A stretch of DNA of 64,000 nt from Somniosus microcephalus (taxonomy: Eukaryota). Made by a program: the position numbers and the translations under genes. The DNA lies in assembly GCA_052327205.1 (NCBI GenBank), contig CM126204.1:270506001-270570000 (forward strand). Direction: 5' to 3'. Shown here one piece after another: positions 21,487 to 31,700 of this stretch. How positions within the stretch are numbered: the stretch's first letter is position 1; the number at the start of each line of letters is the position of its first letter. The notes beneath the pieces were generated by a model. The model did not search any database. It was given only the letters and a program-made list of their open reading frames with translations, and had not been told where the DNA came from.

Positions 21487-23915
21487 AGGCCCCACCTCAA
21501 TGAATTTCGAGCTCGGCATGATGTTGAGCTCTTTTTCCGCCGCCTTCGTCTCCGTGCCCACTTCTCTGGCCAGGAGTCTTCCCCCCGCACAACTGACCCT
21601 TTCTCCCGCTTGCAGAATTCCCGTTCTACCTGGACCCCTCCCCCTGGCCTCTTACCCTCTCTAGATCTTTTCATCGCTAACTGCCGCCGTGACATCGGCC
21701 ATCTCCATTTCTCTGCTCCCCTCACTCCAACCTACCTCCCTCTGAATTTGCAGCACTCCATTCTCTTAGATCCAACCCTGACATTGTCATTAAACCCGCT
21801 GACAAGGGTGGTGCTGTTGTTGTTTGGCGTACTGACCTCTACCTAGCGGAAGCTGAACGCCAACTCTCCGACACCTCCTCCTACCTCCACCTGGACCATG
21901 ACCCCACTACCGAACATCAAACCACCGTTTCCAAGACTGTCACTGACCTCATCTCCTCTGGAGACCTTCCCCCCGCTGCCACCAACCTCATAGTTCCCCA
22001 ACCCCGCACAGCCCGCTTCTACCTCCTTCCCAAGATCCACAAACAGGACTGCCCTGGTAGACCCATCGTTTCAGCCTGTTCTTGCCCCACGGAACTTATC
22101 TCTTCCTATCTTGACTCTTTTCTCCCCTTGTCCAGTCTCTTCCCACCTACATCCGCGACTCTTCGGACGCCCTCCGCCACTTTAACAGTTTCCAGTTTCC
22201 TGGCCCCAACCGCTTCCTTTTCACCATGGACGTACAATCCCTCTACACCTCCATCCCCCACGCGGATGGCCTGAGGGCGCTCCGCTTCTTCCTTGAACAG
22301 AGGCCCGACCAGTCCCCATCCACCACGACCCTCCTCCGCCTGACTGAACTTGTTCTCACATTGAACAACTTCTCCTTTAACTCCACTCATTTCCTCCAAA
22401 TCAAAGGTGTTGCCATGGGTACCCGCATGGGTCCTATCTATGCCTGCCTTTTCGTGGGCTATGTGGAACAATCTTTGTTCCAATCCTACTCGGGTCCCCT
22501 CCCTCACCTCTTCTTCTGATACATTGATGACTGTATCGGATCCGTTTCCTGCTCTCACCCCGAACTTGACAATTTCATTCACTTTGCCTCCAATTTCCAC
22601 CCTTCCCTCACCTTCACATGGTCCATCTCTGACTCTTCCCTTCCCTTCCTCGACTTCTCCGTCTCCAGCTCTGGGGATAGGTTATCGACCAATATTCACT
22701 ACAAGCCCACTGACTCCCACAGCTACCTGGACTACACTTCCTCCCACCCCGCTTCCTGTAAGGACTCTATTCCATTCACCCAGTTTCTCCATCTCCGCCG
22801 TATCTGCTCCGACGACGCCACCTTTCACACCAGTGCTTCAGACATGTCTTCCTTTTTCCGCAACCGAGGATTCCCCTCTACCGTGGTTGACACTGCCCTC
22901 GACCATGTCAGTTCTATCTCCCGCACTTCTGCCTTCACCCCTGCCCCTCCCTCCCGGAACCACGATAGGGTTCCCCTTGTCCTCACCTTTCACCCCACCA
23001 GCCTCCACATTCAACGGATCATCCTCCGGCATTTCCGCTACCTCCAAAGTGATCCCACCACCAAATGTATCTTCCCCTCCCCTCCCCTTTCAGCATTCCG
23101 TAGGGACCGCTCCCTCCGAGACACCCTAGTCCACTCTATCACCCCAAACAGCCCTTCCCCTTTGCCTGGCACCTTCCCGTGCAAGCGGAGGAGATGTAAC
23201 ACCTGCCCCTATACCTTCCCACTGTCCAGGGCCCCAAACACCCCTTCCAGGTGAAACAGCGATTTACTTGTACTTCTCGCAATCTAGTATACTGTATTCG
23301 CTGCTCACGATGCGGTCTCCTCTACATTGGGGAGACCAAACGCAGATTGGGTGACCGCTTTGCGGAACACCTCCGTTCAGTCCGTAAGGGTGACCCCGAG
23401 CTTCCGGTCACCTGTCATTTTAATTCACCGCTCCATTCCCACTCGGACCTCACCATCCTTGGCCTTTTGTATTGTTCCACGGAAGCTCAACGTAAACTCG
23501 AGGAACAGCACCTCATCTTCCGATTAGGCACTCTGCAGCCTTCCGGACTCAGTATCGAGTTCAACAATTTCAGATCATAACCTCGGCCCCTATTACATTT
23601 TTTCTTGTAATTTTCCACTCCTTCCCCCCCCTTTCCTTTTGTTTCTCTCACACCTGGCAGCTATCTCTTGCCCTGCCAGTACACTTTACACCTAATCTCA
23701 GCCTATTTCCATCTTGTCTAGCTTCTAATTCCTTTTATTGTCTCTTTTACTTCTTTTGTTTCTTTCACTTCTTTTGTCCGATCGCAGCCCTGCCTTCAAT
23801 CTATTTTCTTTTCTTTCCAGTTTTGAAGAAGGGTTCGACCCGAAACGTCAACTCAAATTTCTCTCCACGGATGTTGCCTGACCTGCTGAGTTTTTCCAGC
23901 ATTTTCTGTTGTTAT
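21487..23915 (+). mobile_element. Penelope-like retroelement (RT + GIY-YIG endonuclease), 5'-truncated and disabled
   Basis: Motifs IVIKPADKGGAVVVW, MDVQSLYTSIPH and GVAMGTRMGP. F*YIDD carries a TGA at 22517-22519 where CGA is expected. CKRRRCNTC Zn motif, then NLVYCIRCSRCGLLYIGETKRRLGDRFAEH (GIY-YIG). Stop at 23580, followed by a pseudo-LTR/3' region. Confidence 0.93.
23819..23853 (+). ncRNA. Degenerate minimal type I hammerhead ribozyme in the Penelope pLTR
   Basis: Layout agtt-TTGAAGA-a-gggt(tcg)accc-GAAAC-GTC-aact: stem I agtt/aact, stem II gggt/accc, palindromic ACGT stem III. C3 of CUGANGA is replaced by U. Confidence 0.6.
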
Positions 23916-24054
23916 TACGTTATTTTTAGTGACTTTCTTGGGGCTAATTTTCTCCCCACTTGTTTGTTGGTGCGTGGTTCCACAGCCTCTGGTCAGTACC
24001 TGGTTCAAGTGGGTGTTTTTTTAATGTGTGAGCTTTTCTACTGAGGCTACTCAA

Positions 24055-24840
24055 CAAGAACTTCCATTTATATAAATAAAATATAGTGAGACTTCGCAAG
24101 ACGAGATTTTTCAAGGTGTTGGAGGCTTTTAAAGGTGTTGGAAAGAAAGACTTGCATTTATATAGCGCCTTTCACGACCACCGGACGTCTCAAAAGCACT
24201 TTACAGCCAATGAAGTACTTTTGAAGTGGAGTCACTGTTGTAAGGAGGAGAGGTTTCGGTAGATAATTCCAGAGCATAGTGATGCTGATGTCAAGGCTCC
24301 GCCTTTGATGGTGGAAGGGGGGTGGTGGTGGTGAGGGATCACAATAATCCAGACCCAGAAGAGTAGAAGGTATCAGCTAGGGTGTAGGGTCGAAGGAGAC
24401 GATGAAAATGTTTCTAAACAACGACAATGATTGTAAAATCAATGCATTGGGGTGGGGAACCAGTGAGGGTCTGCAAAGACCAAGGTGATAAGTGAGCAGG
24501 AGTAAGTCTGGATGAATTGGTGTTTTTGTAGGATGGAGCTTGCAAGGCCAGTGAGAAGAGCACTGGAGATGTTGAGCCTACAGATGATGAAGACACAGCT
24601 GAGAGTTTCAGCAGTGATGGAGGTGGGGGAAGGATAGAGGTAGGTGATATGGAGGTAAAAAAAAAAGCTGGTCTTGGTGATGGACTGGATGTGGGTTTGG
24701 TGATAGACTGGATGTGGTCTTGGTGATAGAGTAGATGTGGGCTTGAAGTTATACTCATTATCAAATGACAGGTTGTGCATAGCTGGGTTTAGCCTAAGCA
24801 AGTAGTCAAAGAGATGGTTAGAATCACCTGTAGAATCGCA
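24055..24840 (-). mobile_element. L2 LINE 3' fragment with nested DeuSINE tail (~24143-24243)
   Basis: ORF 24439..24801 contains AETLSCVFIICRLNISSALLTGLASSILQKHQFIQ, a decayed L2 motif (AETLIHAFVTSRLDYSNALLAGL). Confidence 0.7.
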
Positions 24841-25504
24841 ATAGCTGTGGGTGGCTAAAAGCTGTACTAAAGGGATTCTACCATGGGGGCAACATAGCCA
24901 TACCTGATTCTGTCCTTACCTGGTGTCCACACACAAGCACTTGCAGCGGGGGTCCCTAGATAGAGCTCAGCAGCAGGAACCTTGTCTGATTTTCACCTCC
25001 CTAACCCTCGAGATGATGAAGCCAATTGTAGTGTCCCTGCCGCTGCCCCATTTAAGATTAGCTAGCTCAGTACAGATTGAAGACCAAATCTTCTGGTCTG
25101 TATAACTCATTGGATAAATCATCCAGGGAGCTAAGCTTTGTTGTCTTCCTCCTACAACAGTGACTACACTTCAAAGTACTTCATTGGCTGTAAAGTGCTT
25201 TGGGATGTCCTGGGGTTGCGAATGGCGCTATATAAATGCAAGTTTTTTCTTGCCTTAGGCATAATGAGATCGTCAATGCCATGATGTTGTCACCTCACTG
25301 GCCATGCATGCCCCGATAATGAAACAGCATAGTGCAGTATTATAGGGCGTGGAGGAAAGGAATGGGAAAATGCAATATCAGCTCTTCCATTCTGCAGAGC
25401 TTCTGATCTTGACATGCTACTGTGGAGAGGGATCCTGTTGAGGCTAGGTATGGGAGTGGGGTGGAATAGGAAAATCGGAAAGTGTGATATCCCCTGCCTT
25501 ATTA

Positions 25505-26414
25505 ACATAAGAAGATAGGAGTAGGCCATTCGGCCCCTCGAGCCTGCTCCGCCATTCAATGAGATCATGGCTGATCATCCAAATTCGGTACCCTGTCCCT
25601 GCCTTCTCCCCATATCCCTTGATCCCTTTAGCCTTAAGAAATATATCTAACTCCTTCTTGAATATATTTAAAGAATTGGCCTCAACTGCCTTCTGTGGTA
25701 GAGAATTCCACAGGTTCACCACTCTCTGGGTGAAGAAATTCCTCCACATCTCTGTCCTAAATGGCTTACCCCTTATCCTTAGACTGTGCCCCCTGTCTCT
25801 GGACTCCCCCGCCATCGGGAACATCCTTCCTGCATCCAGTTGTCTAGTCCTGTTAGAATTTTATAAGTTTCAATGAGATCCCCTCTCATTCTTCTAAACT
25901 CCAGCGAGTATAAGCCCAATCGACCCAATCTCTCCTCATACGTCATTCCTGCCATCCCAGTTATCAGTCTGGTGAATCTTCGCTGCACTCCCTCCATGGC
26001 AAGAACATCCTTCCTCAAATAGGGCGACCAAAACTGCACACAATACTCAAGGTGTGGTCTCACCAAGGCCCTGTACAACTGCAGCAAGACATCCTTGCTC
26101 CTGTACACGAACCCTCTCGCTACGAAGGCCAACATACCATTTGCCTTCTTAACCGCCTGCTGCACCTGCATACTTGCCTTCAGCGACTGGTGCACAAGGA
26201 CACCCAGGTCTCATTGCACTTCCCCTTCTCCCAATCTATTGCCATTCAGATAATAATCTGCCTTCCTGTTTTTGCCACCAAAGTGGATAACCTCGCATTT
26301 ATTCACATTATAGTGCATTTGCCATGCATCCGCCCAATCACCCAACCTGTCCAAATCATACTGGAGTTTCTCGGCATCCTCCTCACAGCACACACGCCCA
26401 CCCAGCTTTGTGTC
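25505..26414 (-). mobile_element. CR1 LINE 3' part
   Basis: Motifs LQYDLDRLGDWADAWQMHYNVNKCEVIHFG, ALVRPHLEYCVQFWSPY and FFTQRVVNLWNSLPQ, plus the CR1 3' UTR. Confidence 0.94.
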
Positions 26415-26864
26415 TAATTTCTAATAGCTCACTCAGGACAATATTGGCAGAATACTGAGGTGAGCTGCCTGTCCTTGTGGCCATAATCAATGCATGGTTC
26501 AAGGAGTGTGACTGAAAAAAATAAAGAAAGGAATTACACAAGTTCAAGCTGCAGGGATACAAATGCTGCACAGCACAGTTACTTCATTGGTCAACATAGT
26601 ATTCCTTGCTATTCCGGAAAGTTAGTGTTGCAACAATGACCTTTAATAATACAGCATTTGGGGTCTGTACATATGTCCTCTGGTTTAATCATTGTTGATT
26701 CATGGTGCATGTGTGGGTGTACTGTGAAATCATCAAAGTACAAAATGTCCATTCAAGCAGGATTCTGCAATGGTACATCTGTTAACAGTGAATCCCAAAG
26801 GCAGGCAGTCAATCTGCAGGGTGTATGCCCTCCTGACTGCAGTGGAAACATGCATCACCTGGTG

Positions 26865-27200
26865 TAAATACCAAGCTATGCACACCAAGGAGATCCTAGA
26901 TTTGATTCCGAGTAAGTGCTGAATTAGCTGAACAGGGTTCTACTTCTGGCTAGGGAGGGGTAAGAATGAATCAAGTTTTCTGTCTGATCCTCATCACTAT
27001 CCAGTGATTCCTGCTACACAATGTGTCAGATAGCAATACAATCAGGCTCAGCTGCCCAGGCAGTTGAATGGCCTGGCAACACACACCACCTTCCCCACTT
27101 GAGGAACGGCCAGTTAAGTAAAGTACGGAGAACTATCATTGGCAGGACACCCTTAGAATCGGTCAGTACCTTTTCGGGGAAGGGGGTGATAATTCAAAAA
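26865..27200 (+). mobile_element. LF-SINE-like element
   Basis: Contains gtgctgaattagctga, ggctagggagggg, cactatccagtgattcctgct and gtcagtaccttttcggggaagggg. Confidence 0.6.
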
Positions 27201-28349
27201 TAAATTCAGTGTTTAATAGTTTAAGTTTTATTTTAAAATGAATGTGTATGGTCTCCCAACATGGCTAGTTCCACAGTGGTACAGTACATTTCCTCTTGAA
27301 TGAGATTCTCAATTGCAACCACATAGTTAGATGTAGGTTACAATGCTACTCACTAATTTGTTTAATTTTTGCAAATGTTGGTTTGTTTAACATTTAGGTT
27401 TGTTCAAAACACAAATTTGCTACTGTTTGTTTTGATCATGGCAGCTATTAGATTGCAGTAACCTCAAAGGCAATCCTGTTAAAAGGGAACTTCCTGTAAC
27501 AGCTCATTAATACCACAGCTTCCCTGCCCGCAGCCTGAGTCAGCACAACTGGAATGGAGTCACAAGGGATACACCGTGGGGGCAGCAGAAGCGGTGGTAT
27601 AAATGTTACACTGTGGGATATAGAGGTTACAGAATGGCAAATAAAGGGTACACCGCAGCCTAAGAAGAACACACCTTGGGGGTAGGGAAATAATAAATGA
27701 ACATCTTCCCCCAGTATATTCTTTACTACATTATACTCTGTGTATCATGTTGTGCCCTCTGCATCCCCAGTGGATCCCCACAGTGTATCCTTTATATAAC
27801 CTTCCAGTCTCCATACATCCTGCTGCTTCCTGTGCTCTGTCCTCTATTTTATATAAACCCTGAAACATTGTGGGAATATTGATTGAACTCAGGTGAGATT
27901 TCATTCCTGTTCCCACATTTTAATGGATTTGAGCCGATCTGTATTGGCTGAGACAGCAGAGATGTAAAATTCTGAACACATTCAGTATCATGGACCTTCC
28001 TTAAAAAACTGAAAGCAGAGTGTAGACTTTGAGCATTGTCACAGATGATCACAGGTCTTCAGGTACACTAGCTTGAGTCTCAACTGCAATAAGCAATTTG
28101 TTAATTTCAGTATGATACATTGAACTGGAAATATAAAGGAACATTCATCCTGTAACTAATGAAGCATCCTGATCCTGAAACTGCCCTTTACATAGTCACT
28201 GATCAAAGGAAACTTCGAGGAACATATTATGCTACAATCTTATCCATCCAAACAAAAAAAAACTCTTCTTCTGAACAGGTTTAAAGGCAACACAAAATGG
28301 CATTTAAACAAAAATGAGGAAATACAACTCATAAAAACTGAAAATAAGG

Positions 28350-28930
28350 CTGCTCAGTGGTTTCATGAGAAATTTCACTATCTGGTTTGGTACTGAGCCA
28401 TACAGGCCAGGGAAGTCCCAGGTTTGATCACTCGTCTGCACTGAGATAGCTGAACTTAGTTAGGGTTGGTTCAAATTACTTCAGTCTTTCTGGTCTAGGG
28501 AAAGGGCAAATCATCTACGGTTCTGACTCCTGATCCCTATCCAGTGTCACCTGCTGAGAAGTGCAAGTTGGGGTATATCAGGTGAGAAGAGGATTGAGTT
28601 GTCTGTGATGATCCCATAGTTGAATAGGCTGGTTTACATATCAAGAATGATCCTTAGATGCGATGCTAGAAGGAAACATGTGCCTGTGGAATTATATGGT
28701 TCCACGGGTGTTAGTCACCTTCTGATACCGTGCTCAAGTGGCCATTCTTCATGTGTGAGCAAGCCCAGAAAATGAGTGTTGGCACACTATTTAACTGTGA
28801 GGGCATCACAAGTGACATCCACTTGCACACTTTTCAGAATGTGGAGAATGAAAGGGAGTGGGAACATTGGCTGATTTTTCCCTCCTTAGCTCAAGGTTTC
28901 TGAGGCCAATCATAGCACCTATACTGCCTG
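28350..28930. mobile_element. Two adjacent LF-SINE-like copies in opposite orientation (+ 28350-28720, - 28720-28930)
   Basis: The + copy has ggtactgagccatacaggccagggaagtcccaggtttgatc. The - copy has caagtggccattcttcatgtgtgagc. Confidence 0.7.
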
Positions 28931-29899
28931 CCTGTGTGTAATGTACACCATGTCTCAGAGACTTGAACTGTTTTTATGGCAAATTGAAGTGGATCACACT
29001 AGGCCTCCAATCAGAGTTCTCTTACTACCCATTAAGTAGTCGGAACAGTGTTTTGTATTCTCAGTGGTGTTAGCGAATGGGTGGAAGCAGGCTATGCTAA
29101 TGCCTGCCAATGGGTGCCTTAGCACAGTGCATGCAGAGTGGTGGAGCGCTCCCACTGACAAATTTAAGATGGTGATGACAGCCAAAGGTGGAGGCAGGAT
29201 ATCGAGCAGTATGAACGCTCACTTTCTACGCAGCAGATAAGGGTGCACAGAAGAAACAAGGCACCTTGCACCTCATCAAAAAGTAAGCAGAATCAAAAAG
29301 TTACAATCCAATAACCAACAGCGGCTTGCAAAATCCGACGTTAGCTTGCTCTCCATCATTATCTTAGGTCTGTTGTTGTGTTGTTTTCCATGTAAGGGAA
29401 GACCTCACAGTTCACATAATGCCATACTAGTTTGAAAATATAGCAGATGGTCAACTATTGATCACACAGGGCTTTTCAAAAAGGTCAGCCCTCAGTTCAT
29501 CATTGAACAGTAATAGCTTTATAAGTTTCACCGTGTTGTCTGCCTTATATCCATGCATTAGGGAGCAGTATTGGACAGTTCAAAGTGATATATACCTGTA
29601 TTCTAATTTATGCACTTACTTGGTTTTTGTGTCTCATTGTCACAATTTAGGGGCATTTGCCCCACATTGTAGTTAGGAGGCTGGGAGATACGCCAGAAAA
29701 ATATGGCAATTGAGTTATAATTCACTATTTCAATCATTGAAAATTCAGTAACTCAAATGAACAAAAAATTATCTAAATTAAATTTAGGCAGTGAAAGTTA
29801 AAATGAACATTGCCACACCTCTACTTTTTGCATGTAACTCAAGATGGCAGAAAACCACTTACAAACAACTCTGTTCTCATACCTGTCTAACGCAAAGAA

Positions 29900-31700
29900 A
29901 CAACATGGGTAAATTACAAACCTTGAAACGAAACATCCTACACAGTAAGCAACCAATTGCTGAGAGCATGTGTCTGTGAAACTTTGATTGTGACTAAATC
30001 TGACCTCGACAGCCAGAACGAACACATTTCTGAACAAGATAGGCGGGTTATGCCAGAACACAGAGATGCGAACCAGGACTGACCTTGGGGTGCCTTGCTG
30101 AATCTCTGGTTTGTGCTTAGCTCCCCGATTCCAGGAGCAGTGAGCAATAGGTGTACAGTATTTCAAAGAGGCATATCCATAGCTACTTTTGAAGAGTTCC
30201 TGTCTGGAATGCTCAGTCTGCAGAAATATCAAAGCTTGTGAGGACCTCTCCATTGAAAGTGTAAGCTAATGTGTAGAGACTGCATTTGTCAAAAGAATGG
30301 GCTGAAGGAAAAATCAGAGAAGAAAGCAATTTTCATAATGAAACACTTGCAAAAAAAATCCTAGAGCACATTTGGCAGCTAAGGAAGTTCTGAAAAAAGT
30401 CAATGAATATCAACAACTGTTTTCATTGATGAAAGCACATTCACCTGTAACCTGTCTACATTGATTTTGTATTTGCATGGCTTGTTTTGAAATGATAAAC
30501 TGATCACTGTCTTCTTTGGCTTGATTGAACTTAGTAGAGCCAAAGCCACTATAATCAACTTAGATCTTCCAGTATACTTTGAAAGTTGTGGGATAATAAG
30601 AGATCTGCAAGAAATTTGGACAAGAATGCGCAGTGATAGTGCGCTTGTGATGTTTGGAATAAAACAAAGAAGCTGTGGCTGTTTAAGAATGAGTTTCCAA
30701 GCTCAGTCATTACCTGGGACTGCTTAGTTCATCATCTTGAACTGGCTGTAGGGGCCACAATTGGAGAGGTTTATGGCATCAATTGCTTCAAGTCTTTTAC
30801 TGAATCACTGTATTCATTGAACAGCATGACTACAAGAATAAAAGAGAGCTAGGAGTCAAACTGCAAAAGATTGGCAAAATTGTTGAATCTCATTGGGTGA
30901 TTCTAAGTTTCCAATGTTGCCTGGAACTCCCACCCTGCATTATGCAAACACTTTGAAGAGACTTTCAAAGATACATTATGAGATGCACCGGAGAGAAGCA
31001 AGTGCAAGGGCTTGAAGATTACTTTTAGTGCATCTGTAAAAAATGTGTGATGAACAGATCACTTCTAGAACTGAAAGATTTATCAGAAGCTTTAACAGAA
31101 AAAAAACATGAACATCATGACTGTACACAATCTCTTACTTTGGCAAGTCAGCAATTTTCCAGGCAATGAAAGAACAGCTATGTGGTTTTGCTTCAGAAGC
31201 TCAGAAAGCAACAGTATAGAGTCTGTTTTTTTCTCATTTACAAAGGAGGCATTGCAACATATGTGTCAATTCATTGCCAAAACGTTTTTGAAACCTGTCT
31301 GGAAACATAGATAAATACTGTGTTCCTGAGGCAGACAAAGGACTAATTACCATCTTTAATATCTCACCAAATGTGAATAATTAATTTTGTATGGAGAAAG
31401 AGAAGTTCAGGAACTCTGTTCTAAGTTTCAGTATCTACACAAGCAGTTTTGGGATTTGAGGACAAAATGGTGTCCTGAAGGTCTGAAAAGCTTTTTTATT
31501 TGCATAGACACACTGCCTGCAATGAATGTGGATTGCAAGTATAGGTTTAGTCCAAAGAACAATATTGCTATCTATATATGATTGTCTATCCATGTGTCTA
31601 CACTCACATCCCATATGTGTGTGAAACTTAATGGACAACCTGCAAAACTTTTTCAGCCACTATCATTTGTGAATTTATTGCTGGCCAATAAATTCATTCT
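29900..31700 (+). pseudogene. Fossil hAT transposase of the KIAA1586/ZNF862-like group
   Basis: Collinear remnants across frameshifts: VFIDESTFTCNLSTLILYL, VFFGLIELSRAKATII, SDSALVMFG, HHLELAV, IGKIVESHW, AWNSHPALCKHF, YGEREVQELCSKF, DTLPAMNVDCKYRFSPKNNI (hATC dimerisation region) and HMCVKLNGQPAKLFQPLSFV. Confidence 0.75.

Noticed and set aside
21487-23580. Possible functional or domesticated RT/GIY-YIG gene
   Set aside because: 5'-truncated, with several frameshifts and a stop codon directly before the YIDD motif.
24670-24745. Three tandem ~23-bp copies (ggtcttggtgat.gactggatgt)
   Set aside because: Local slippage duplication inside a dead L2, with no sign of function.
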